From NCBI GenBank assembly GCA_965215885.1, contig CBDCEW010000008.1, forward strand, positions 1-13,301: DNA of 13,301 nucleotides, given 5' to 3'. Position numbers and translations under genes: made by a program. Below are positions 5,603 to 13,099 of this stretch, piece by piece (the stretch's first letter is position 1; every line of letters begins with the position of its first letter). The notes below the pieces were generated by a model. It saw only the letters and a program-made list of their open reading frames with translations, was not told where the DNA came from and made no database searches. This DNA comes from Candidatus Moanibacter sp. (GTDB taxonomy: Bacteria > Verrucomicrobiota > Verrucomicrobiia > Opitutales > UBA2987).

Positions 5603-8134
5603 ATGAGGTTACGTGTTATAATATGCAGTCTCTTTGGTATTTCCTTCGGTGTGGCGGGGAAAGCGCAAACGCCGGGAGATGAAATATGGCGGTTTACCGC
5701 GGGAGATGTCATCATTTCTTCACCCGCGGTGGCGTCGGATGGAACGATCTATGTCGGCGCCCAGGATAACAATCTGTATGCCGTTAATCCGGATGGCACA
5801 CAGAAGTGGGTGTTTACTGGCGCTACAGACTGGATCGATTCGTCGCCCGCAGTTGGCGCCGACGGGACCGTTTATGTGGGATCGTGGGACAACAAACTGT
5901 ATGCATTAGATGCGGCCGATGGTTCGGAGGTTTGGAGTTTTGAGACTGGTAGTCTCATTGTTTCCTCGCCCGCCGTTGCGCTCGACGGAACGATTTATTT
6001 TGGGTCCTCCGACGGGATATTTTATGCACTCAATGCCGACGGCACTCTGAAGTGGCAGTACGTGACCGGTGATGAACTGGATTCGTCTCCAGCGGTGGGT
6101 GATGATGGGACGATTTATTTCGGAAGCTACGAAGACAAGCTCATCGCACTCAATCCCGATAGTTCCCTGAAATGGGAGTTTGAAGTGGAAATGGTTGAGG
6201 GAGAAGACGGGCGTGTGGTCTCTTCACCGGCGGTCGATGGAGATGGCAATATCTATTTCGGTTCCGGCAACACGAATCTCTATGCTCTCGACCCCAACGG
6301 TATGGAAATCTGGTCCTTCACGACCGATGGCAAAGTGGACTCCTCACCAGCGATCGGCCTCGATGGGACGATCTATTTCGCCTCTCGTGAGGGATATCTC
6401 TATTCGGTTGACGAAGGGGGAATCGAGAACTGGTCGATTCTGGTGGGCGACGTCTTTTTGAGTTCTCCGGCGGTAGATTCGGCGGGAAATGTCTATATCG
6501 CGGCGTTCGCCGGGAACGGTATGAGCAAGGTATTCGCTTTTGATCAGGATGCCGTATTCTTATGGGAATTTGTCGTTAGCGCTCTGGTGGATTCTTCTCC
6601 TGCGATCGGTTCCAACGGAGTATTGTATATTGGAGCGTACGATAATAATCTGTATGCGCTTCAAGCGGGAAATCCCTTAGCGAACAGCTTCTGGCCGCAA
6701 TTCTCGCACGATCCCAAGCACACGGGAAGCGTGGAAGGCGGCGACCCGCCGACTATCGTGCAGTCGCCCAGTTCCGCCACCGTGGATGCGGGGGAATCCG
6801 TTACCTTCAGCGTTGTAGCAGCGGGAACGGAGCCGCTCAGCTATCAGTGGCGCAAAGATGGGCAGATTCTGAGTGGGGAAGATGGCACCGATCTGACTCT
6901 CGATAACGTGGCTGAACAAGATGAAGGCGACTACGATGTGGTTGTTGCCAATGTTCTCGGGCAGGAGGTAAGCGCAGCGGCTACTTTGTCTGTCAACAGC
7001 GGCGGTGGAAAACAGAATCAGACGATTACTTTCGATCCGATCCCGAATCAGACTTACGGGATGGATGGGGTTGCTTTGAGCGCTACGGCGACAAGCGGGC
7101 TTACGGTGAGTTTCTCCGTCATTTCGGGGCCGTCGGTCCCGAACAGCGATAACACGCTTACTATGACAGGAGTTGAAACGGTCATGGTGCGCGCGTCACA
7201 GGCTGGCGATGACAATTTTAATCCCGCCCCCGATGTTGATGAAAACTTTGCAATAAGCGCGGCCGGTTCCGGGGCGGCGGCGTTGTTGACGGGAGGAAAT
7301 GCGAAACTCGTTAACGAAGGAACCTTCTTTGACGGAAATACCTACAACGGCTTTGAGATTGCCGGTCCCACGGGGACCTTTTCTTCTATCGCGGGAGAGA
7401 TAACTCGTATATCTTTCCTCGAATCAGAGGGTGACCTCATGTTTGCCGAATTCGGGAGTGAGAACACCGACACGGTCCTCATTATTACCTTGGACGGCTT
7501 TGTAGCTGCTGTGCCTTCTCCGTATAACCAAGGCGACCTCACTTACGCGCAGGGACACCCCTCCTTTGAGATCAGGAATTCGACGGCACTCACCTTTGTG
7601 TCATTTTTCAGTCTCGGAAATGATATTCTGCGAGTCGATGTCTCTCTCATAAATGAAAATACTTTCAGCGGGTCGGTTAACGGGATCGCGGAGATCAATT
7701 CGCTTACAATCTCCGACGGCGCCACCGCTATTGGAGGCATCAGCACGGCAAATGCGAATTTTGTCGGATCGGACGGCATAATCGGAATCGATGCGCCGGA
7801 TCTCCAGGTGGGCGTATTCGTTTTTGTGGGTGATCTGACGCCTTCCGGTACGGTCCTGCCTGTGCTTCGGATCAATACGAATTCAATGATCGGCGGTATT
7901 CTCATCGCAGGGGGCGATTTGGCGGAGGCCACGGGCGCTTTTCAGATAGATTCCGCCGGAATTGTCTACCCATTCCCCATTACGGCAACGGAAGGGCAAC
8001 GCTCTATCAGCAACAGTTCATTCCGGCCTGATCTCGGTGACGGATTTCTACCGCCTGTTACGACCACTTTTGTGTCAGATATCGATGCCTATTTTCTGAC
8101 CGACGGCCAGAGTACGGGAACTTCAGGAGAGTGA
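5603..8134 (+). CDS. Secreted PQQ-like (BamB-type repeat) 8-bladed beta-propeller protein with Ig-like domains and an uncharacterised C-terminal domain (843 aa)
   Basis: Signal-peptide-like N-terminus MRLRVIICSLFGISFGVAGKA-Q from ATG 5603 (ORF track start GTG 5570). Eight SSPA(V/I)xxxGx(I/V/L)Y repeats. Ig domain (PPTIVQSP..YQWRKDG..DEGDYDVVV, 6746-6997). A QTITF..ATATSGLTV..VRASQAGDDNF beta-sandwich. ~280-aa tail. Confidence 0.88.
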   Translation: MRLRVIICSLFGISFGVAGKAQTPGDEIWRFTAGDVIISSPAVASDGTIYVGAQDNNLYAVNPDGTQKWVFTGATDWIDSSPAVGADGTVYVGSWDNKLYALDAADGSEVWSFETGSLIVSSPAVALDGTIYFGSSDGIFYALNADGTLKWQYVTGDELDSSPAVGDDGTIYFGSYEDKLIALNPDSSLKWEFEVEMVEGEDGRVVSSPAVDGDGNIYFGSGNTNLYALDPNGMEIWSFTTDGKVDSSPAIGLDGTIYFASREGYLYSVDEGGIENWSILVGDVFLSSPAVDSAGNVYIAAFAGNGMSKVFAFDQDAVFLWEFVVSALVDSSPAIGSNGVLYIGAYDNNLYALQAGNPLANSFWPQFSHDPKHTGSVEGGDPPTIVQSPSSATVDAGESVTFSVVAAGTEPLSYQWRKDGQILSGEDGTDLTLDNVAEQDEGDYDVVVANVLGQEVSAAATLSVNSGGGKQNQTITFDPIPNQTYGMDGVALSATATSGLTVSFSVISGPSVPNSDNTLTMTGVETVMVRASQAGDDNFNPAPDVDENFAISAAGSGAAALLTGGNAKLVNEGTFFDGNTYNGFEIAGPTGTFSSIAGEITRISFLESEGDLMFAEFGSENTDTVLIITLDGFVAAVPSPYNQGDLTYAQGHPSFEIRNSTALTFVSFFSLGNDILRVDVSLINENTFSGSVNGIAEINSLTISDGATAIGGISTANANFVGSDGIIGIDAPDLQVGVFVFVGDLTPSGTVLPVLRINTNSMIGGILIAGGDLAEATGAFQIDSAGIVYPFPITATEGQRSISNSSFRPDLGDGFLPPVTTTFVSDIDAYFLTDGQSTGTSGE

Positions 8135-8166
8135 TGCATAACTGCGCTTTTCCACAATGGGTAAGC

Positions 8167-8174
8167 GACACTTC
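8167..8174 (+). repeat. IS66 target-site duplication GACACTTC (second copy at 10577-10584)
   Basis: Exact 8-bp direct repeat abutting both TIRs; 8 bp is the typical IS66 TSD length. Confidence 0.95.
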
Positions 8175-8238
8175 GTAAACGACCGGTGAACTGCCCTATG
8201 GATCGCGGCATGCGCGAGGATCCTGGCAGTGTCCGGGT

Positions 8239-9741
8239 TCAAGAGGCTGCGAGCGGTTCGCCTGTTCGGGTCGGCTTCCAATTCGCCGGAGCGAGTTCGG
8301 CGATCTCGGTGATGTTCATGTCCGGCAATCTTTTGAGGACGTCAGTGAGGTAAGCGGATGGTTCAATTGCGTGCCGCCGGCAACTCTCAATGATCGAGTA
8401 AATTACGGCGCTTCTCCAACCGGCCTTGGGGTGGCCGATGAACATCCAGTTTTTCTTTCCCAAGGCGGTCGGCCGGATAGCATTCTCAATGAGGTTATTG
8501 TCGATTTCAACCTTGCCATGCTCGAGGTAGCGCTTGAGTGATTCCCACTGGTTCAGAGCATACTCAACGGCTTCACCCATTTTGCTCCGCGGCAAGGCCC
8601 GCCGTTTGAGTATAGGCAAGGCTTTGCCCAAGCGTTCCACGATCATCCGACCATGGCTTTTCCGGTAGGCTTCGCGCAAGGCGGGACCGGCCCGCTGTTC
8701 GCGCAGATGGCGCTCGTCTCTGTAGAGATTGTGGATCTGCCGCACCACCCAGCCGGCCAGCTTCGGATTCTCATCCATCGCCTCCACAAATTTGCGTCGC
8801 AGGTGTGCCCAGCACCCAAACAGGGTAATCCCGTTATGCTCCCGGGCGAAACTGCCATAGGCTGCGTAACCGTCGGGTTGGAGCAACCCTTCGTATCCGT
8901 TGAGGAACTGCTCGAGACATTTTACCCCACGGCCTGTGTGCCAGTCGTAGAGCACCTCGCCGCCGGGTCGCCCGTAGACCCACAGGTATCCTTTCCTGCA
9001 GCCCTCTTTCTTGCCTGCGTCCGGATCCAGGTAGCGGATGGGCGTTTCGTCCGCCTGGATGTAACCGCCCTCGAACAATTGTAAGCACATGTAGTTGTAG
9101 ATGGGTTTTAGCCATTGCGCTACCTGGTGGATCCAATCGAGCATGCTCTGGCGCGCCACCCTTACTCCGTAGCGTTCCCGGAAAATCTTCTCCTGCCGAT
9201 ACAACGGCAGGTGATCGACGTATTTGCTCAGTAATATGTGCACCAAAAGCCCCACTCCAGGGATCCCTTTTTCAATCAGCCGCGATGGTAATGGCGCCAG
9301 CACGGGAGGTTCCTGGGGCTTTTCGCGAGATACATATTTGCGCCGTATATAGCGCCGCCTGATAAATCGGGCCGGGAGCAAATCTAACTCTTCAGTGACT
9401 TCCTCACCGATCAACCGCCACTTTTGCGGTTCAACCTTCACCGCTTCGGGTTCGATTACGATCTCTTCGACTTCCAGGTGCTCGGGCAGACGCTGTCGCC
9501 TCGCCCCAGCTCCTTTGCGCGCCTTCGGCTCGGGTGGTGGCTCTGCCGTTTGCTCAGCGGGTTTGTTTTCCTCGGCCTGCTCCAGCCCGGCCAGGAGCAA
9601 TTCCAGCTGTCCCGGATCGATCCGCTCGCTTTGGTTGCCTCCAAAGTAGCGCTTAATGAGCCAGCCGATCTTCTGTCGTAAAAGCCGATTCTCCTCTCGG
9701 AGTTGCTCCAGCTCTGTTTGCAAAACCTCGACTTCAGGCAT
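8239..9741 (-). CDS. tnpC: IS66 transposase TnpC
   Basis: N-terminal coiled coil, SKYVDHLPLYRQ, QADETP, DGYAAY, CWAHLRRKF, IDNNLIENAIRP..LGKKNWMF. Confidence 0.96.
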   Translation of the reverse strand: MPEVEVLQTELEQLREENRLLRQKIGWLIKRYFGGNQSERIDPGQLELLLAGLEQAEENKPAEQTAEPPPEPKARKGAGARRQRLPEHLEVEEIVIEPEAVKVEPQKWRLIGEEVTEELDLLPARFIRRRYIRRKYVSREKPQEPPVLAPLPSRLIEKGIPGVGLLVHILLSKYVDHLPLYRQEKIFRERYGVRVARQSMLDWIHQVAQWLKPIYNYMCLQLFEGGYIQADETPIRYLDPDAGKKEGCRKGYLWVYGRPGGEVLYDWHTGRGVKCLEQFLNGYEGLLQPDGYAAYGSFAREHNGITLFGCWAHLRRKFVEAMDENPKLAGWVVRQIHNLYRDERHLREQRAGPALREAYRKSHGRMIVERLGKALPILKRRALPRSKMGEAVEYALNQWESLKRYLEHGKVEIDNNLIENAIRPTALGKKNWMFIGHPKAGWRSAVIYSIIESCRRHAIEPSAYLTDVLKRLPDMNITEIAELAPANWKPTRTGEPLAAS

Positions 9742-9748
9742 GAAAACA

Positions 9749-9806
9749 ATACTAAACTAACGGTAATAAGAAAAGCAATACTTTTTCAAAAAATCACTTT
9801 TTTTGA
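9749..9806 (-). promoter_or_regulatory. Putative internal tnpC promoter with adjacent AT-rich palindrome
   Basis: Minus strand: TTGCTT (9778-9773), 18 nt, TAGTAT (9754-9749), 7 nt, ATG, with no SD. Palindrome TCAAAAAA-N5-TTTTTTGA at 9786-9806. Confidence 0.4.
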
Positions 9807-9807
9807 C

Positions 9808-10158
9808 CTAACGCTGATACCAGGGCCGCATCTTCCCCTCCCTCAGGTCGATCCCGTTCAAGAGCATGCTCAACGCTTCAGGGCGCAATGGAAGCTTCTG
9901 ATCTTTCAAGTCCACTCCCTGCGGCCAGCTGAACCGACCCTTCTCTAATCGCTTTGCGAAAACCCATAACCCCGTGCCGTCCCAATACAGAATCTTGACC
10001 CGGTCCCGGCTGCGATTGCAGAAGACAAAGACCGCTCCGCTCAACGGGTCTTCCTTGAGCTGATTGGCCGCCAGGGCGTAGAGACCATTAAAGCTCTTTC
10101 GCAGATCCGTTACTCCCACGGCCAGGAAAACCTTCATCGTTCCCGGTAAGCTCAGCAT
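9808..10158 (-). CDS. tnpB: IS66 accessory protein TnpB (116 aa)
   Basis: TDLRKSFNGL, VFVFCNRSRDRVKILYWDGTGLWVFAKRLEKGRFSWP. Start ATG 10158 overlaps the tnpA stop (ATGCTGA) and has SD GAGGGA. Confidence 0.95.
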   Translation of the reverse strand: MLSLPGTMKVFLAVGVTDLRKSFNGLYALAANQLKEDPLSGAVFVFCNRSRDRVKILYWDGTGLWVFAKRLEKGRFSWPQGVDLKDQKLPLRPEALSMLLNGIDLREGKMRPWYQR

Positions 10159-10517
10159 CCCGATTCCCTCAACGCCTTCACCAGACTCGCCACTTGTTCC
10201 ACCGCAACACCGCAGTCCACCTCCACCCGTATCGGGTCCCCTAAGACGATCTCGATCCGATCCTCCGTGACCGCGCTGCTCTGCACCGTAACTTCGGCAA
10301 ACCGCGCCCCCGCCGATTTTACCCCGCTGCTTCTGTGCCCGGCCCGGTCCTTGCGCAGCCATCCCATAAAGGTCATATACTTGATACCGTGCCGCTGGGC
10401 AAACGCCCTCTGCGTCTGATTGCTGCGACGGTATGCGCTTATCAGTCGCCTGCGCTCCTGCCGACTTCGTCGAACGATTCGCTTCGACCGTGTCCGCCCT
10501 CTCGTTTTTTCTCCCAT
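10152..10517 (-). CDS. tnpA: IS66 accessory HTH protein TnpA
   Basis: YRRSNQTQRAFAQRHGIKYMTFMGWLRK HTH, FAEVTV, IEIVL; first gene of the IS66 operon. Confidence 0.9.
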   Translation of the reverse strand: MGEKTRGRTRSKRIVRRSRQERRRLISAYRRSNQTQRAFAQRHGIKYMTFMGWLRKDRAGHRSSGVKSAGARFAEVTVQSSAVTEDRIEIVLGDPIRVEVDCGVAVEQVASLVKALRESGC

Positions 10518-10523
10518 CCCATA

Positions 10524-10532
10524 ATCATATCA
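10524..10532 (-). promoter_or_regulatory. Extended -10 promoter element for tnpA, probably leaderless
   Basis: TG-A-TATGAT on the minus strand, 6 nt upstream of ATG 10517. Confidence 0.45.
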
Positions 10533-10647
10533 CGGTCGGCATCTTTGCGCTACAAGGTCGTTGCCCGGTCGCTTACGACACTTCGGCGTAGCTTTTGATT
10601 GGCCTCGAAATAACCTCAGACCTCACTATATTGCCCCTCTAAAGGCA

Positions 10648-12873
10648 CTATGCAATCGCAAGTTTAAATCCCGATTTTTTGCCCAGTCGGAAGATGATTC
10701 TTCGGCCTGAACCGTCGGGCATCAGTAAGGGCTTCTGATTGAGAGTTTGCAGATACTCAAGCACCACCGCCTGCACCCGAGGGGGATAAGTTGCGGTGGG
10801 GAATAAATGCGCTTCGACCGCACAGCCCCTCTCTATAAGAACGCCGTCACTGTGAGTCAAATTGCGAAACAGATCGTGGTCGTCACGATAGTTGTTGTAG
10901 CGAGCTTTAAAGGGTTCGAGCTGCTTGTAGAAGCTGTTACGGGCGAAGATTTTCAAGGCATCCATGAGGGACTTGTTAGCGGTGTCCAGGCGGACATAGT
11001 TTTCATCAATGAGGCGCTGCAGCCTCGAGCATTCGGTGTCGATTTGCTCCAGTTCGAGTTGGAGGGCTTTGAGGGCCTGATCGAGTCGACGGATCTTTTC
11101 GCCCCTTGAGGCGCTTTTGCCCGGGTGGGCATGCTCGGCCAGGAGCAGTCTTTTCAATTCTTCGGTGCATTGCTGTTTTTGCTTCAGGAGGGCTTTGGCG
11201 GCACCGCTTTTCTCCTGCTTGTCCTCAAGGTGTTGGGCTAATCGCTTGTAGTGGACGGTGCGATAAGAGGTGATCTGATTAATCCCAAAGTGCTTATCGA
11301 GGTATTTGAAGTCATTCTCCTGAATCCAGCGACTGAACATCCCTTTGATTACCTCTTCATTTCGGGCCTGCTGATCGGTCGCCAGGATGCTCACGGTAAT
11401 GGTTCGATTTTTTGGATTGGTCGCCTCCACGATCCACTGCACCAGTTGAGGATTTTTCTTCCAGGGGCCCCGCTGATAGCGAAGATGATACTCCTGGAGA
11501 TCTTCGGCATGGTTGCGCGCGCGCTGCAGGCGCAACTGCCCGTCGATCCGTTGGAGGGGCTGGGCGCTGGCCTTGTAACCTTTTTCCCAGGTAATGATTT
11601 CGAGTTGAGGGTGCTCCACGATGGCTTCGTAAAACCACTCCGCGGCGATCGCCCGGTCCACGTAAATACTCACCTTTTTATCAGCCGGCAACTGCACCAG
11701 CTCGAGCATCGCTTCGCAGTTGGGGATAAACCGTTCCCTTATATCCTCATAGTTGTCAGTGCTCGCAAAATAGACCGGATAGCCCTTGAGGGTATGAATA
11801 AAATCGCTGTGGAGCGCTTTGTCGGCCAGACGGATACCCGGACACCATCCCGCCAGCACCTTGCTCATTCCGGTGTAATGTTTGGTGTGCGGATCATAAT
11901 AAAAGCTCTCTTCATCCGAAGCATTCAGGCCCCTCGCGTTCACTCTGAGGATCTCTCTTAAAAGCCCTTCATCGGCCAGGGCGCTAAGGCTTTGGCGTTG
12001 CAGATAGGGGGTATACAGGACTCGCCCGATGAGTTTTTGCAGGTCTTCGAGATCGAGCAGTTTGCTCTGCTCGATATTGACCGCGGCCAACAACCCGCAA
12101 GCCACCCATTGTTTCAAAAGCCAGCCCTCTTCGCGATCAATCTGAGCGACTTCTCTGAGCGCGGCACTGAACAGAAGTACTCCCAGGTGCCGATACCATT
12201 GCACCGCTTCGGAGCTCTCCCTCGAAAAATCGGGAGACCCCTTGCGATTGTCCCCTTCGCTTTCGGGGCTATTTTCTGCTTCTTGCTCCTGTTCGTCCCT
12301 CCCCGAGTCCTCCGGGCAATCCCAGGGAGTCTCCCGATTTTGCGCCCTCTCGGCTTCGGCCTCCTTTGCCCGGGCCTCTTTAAGCTCCTTAAAGACAGGG
12401 CGCAAAGTTTCCCCACTGAGGTTAACTCCGAACACCTCCTCGATCTCCCCCCGTATCTTCTTGCTGTAGCCATACCGACTCTCCCCATAGATCTGCCCGA
12501 AGCGCACCCGCACAAAACTCCGGATTTCCCTCGTCAATTTGCGATGAGCGCTGCGTCCCGCCAGCACTCGCGCTAAGGTCTCGGCATCTCCGCTTTGAAG
12601 CGCCTCCCCCCACCGCTTCATCGTTTTGGGGTCAACCTCAAATTGCTTCTCTAAGCGCCCTTTCTTCAACCCCGCATTGTAGAGGCGCCCCTCCAATAGC
12701 TTGAATTCAACTTGCTCCCGATCGTCCTCTACGACTTCAAAAAGCTCATGCCCGTAATAGACGTGCAGTTTGCCTTCCCTCAGATCCCGATAGACCGTGA
12801 TCGAGGGATTACCCTTGTCCACTCCAAGGATGCACTGTAAGAAGGTCTCTTCTTTGACGGTAGGTTTCTCCAT
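10648..12873 (-). CDS. Putative DDE transposase (741 aa; resembles Transposase_29-type proteins)
   Basis: HTH-like FEVDPKTMKRWG, acidic linker, candidate triad FYYDPH / IYVDRA / RWIQENDFKYLDKHFGI, coiled coil. The ORF fills an element bounded by TIRs and a TSD. Family name is from recall only. Confidence 0.8.
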   Translation of the reverse strand: MEKPTVKEETFLQCILGVDKGNPSITVYRDLREGKLHVYYGHELFEVVEDDREQVEFKLLEGRLYNAGLKKGRLEKQFEVDPKTMKRWGEALQSGDAETLARVLAGRSAHRKLTREIRSFVRVRFGQIYGESRYGYSKKIRGEIEEVFGVNLSGETLRPVFKELKEARAKEAEAERAQNRETPWDCPEDSGRDEQEQEAENSPESEGDNRKGSPDFSRESSEAVQWYRHLGVLLFSAALREVAQIDREEGWLLKQWVACGLLAAVNIEQSKLLDLEDLQKLIGRVLYTPYLQRQSLSALADEGLLREILRVNARGLNASDEESFYYDPHTKHYTGMSKVLAGWCPGIRLADKALHSDFIHTLKGYPVYFASTDNYEDIRERFIPNCEAMLELVQLPADKKVSIYVDRAIAAEWFYEAIVEHPQLEIITWEKGYKASAQPLQRIDGQLRLQRARNHAEDLQEYHLRYQRGPWKKNPQLVQWIVEATNPKNRTITVSILATDQQARNEEVIKGMFSRWIQENDFKYLDKHFGINQITSYRTVHYKRLAQHLEDKQEKSGAAKALLKQKQQCTEELKRLLLAEHAHPGKSASRGEKIRRLDQALKALQLELEQIDTECSRLQRLIDENYVRLDTANKSLMDALKIFARNSFYKQLEPFKARYNNYRDDHDLFRNLTHSDGVLIERGCAVEAHLFPTATYPPRVQAVVLEYLQTLNQKPLLMPDGSGRRIIFRLGKKSGFKLAIA

Positions 12874-12876
12874 TTT

Positions 12877-12900
12877 TCTTCGAATTTGATGGTTCGAAGA
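12877..12900 (-). promoter_or_regulatory. Stem-loop over the translation initiation region of the 741-aa transposase
   Basis: TCTTCGAA-N8-TTCGAAGA, a perfect 8-bp stem ending 3 nt before ATG 12873. Confidence 0.5.
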
Positions 12901-13021
12901 TGAAGCCTACCGTTTTCTTTAGCTCTTAAAAGCCGGGAATTGTATCTGCGATTGCCCCCTGCCCGCCAACCCGCATGATAGCGAGTTCTGAACCTAGCCC
13001 GAAAATTTCACAAATCTACTA

Positions 13022-13050
13022 CTACTACGACGGATCTCACCGCGTGTCAA
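13022..13050 (-). promoter_or_regulatory. Putative host sigma70 promoter pointing leftwards
   Basis: Perfect TTGACA (13050-13045), 17 nt, weak -10 TAGTAG (13027-13022) inside a (TAG)4 run. Confidence 0.35.
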
Positions 13051-13099
13051 TGCCTTCCCTTGCCCGGCGACCTCAGAGGGTCTTAACACACTGTCGCTC

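Larger units (their letters stand above)
8175..10576 (-). mobile_element. IS66-family insertion sequence, complete (2402 bp)
   Basis: TIRs GTAAACGACCGGTGAAC (8175) and GTAAGCGACCGGGCAAC (reverse complement ending 10576), 14/17 identical. 8-bp TSD. tnpA-tnpB-tnpC gene order. Confidence 0.96.
10617..12990 (-). mobile_element. Insertion sequence of a poorly characterised family (2374 bp, single 741-aa ORF)
   Basis: TIRs CAGACCTCACTATATTGC (10617) and CAGAACTCGCTATCATGC (reverse complement ending 12990), 14/18 identical. Direct repeat AACCT at 10612-10616 and 12991-12995 (or ACC with TCAG..CTGA ends). Confidence 0.88.

Noticed and set aside
5603..8134. bamB or a PQQ dehydrogenase
   Set aside because: No lipobox, extra Ig and C-terminal domains, and no recognisable dehydrogenase active-site motifs; only the propeller repeat is shared.
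8161..8174. GTAAGCGAC at 8161 as the true IS66 end
   Set aside because: The 8-bp TSD and the longer TIR match place the end at 8175.
10159..10362. N-terminal 68 aa of the 184-aa tnpB ORF
   Set aside because: Alternative frame of tnpA; TnpB homology and the ATGCTGA overlap indicate a start at 10158.
13016..13028. (CTA)4 run as a phase-variable repeat
   Set aside because: Too short, and a change in unit number would not alter the -35/-10 spacing.
8157..13086. 46-aa ORF (MGKRHFGVAFDW..DLRGS) that appears after removing both IS from the spacer
   Set aside because: No SD, no recognisable motif, and its length is compatible with chance.
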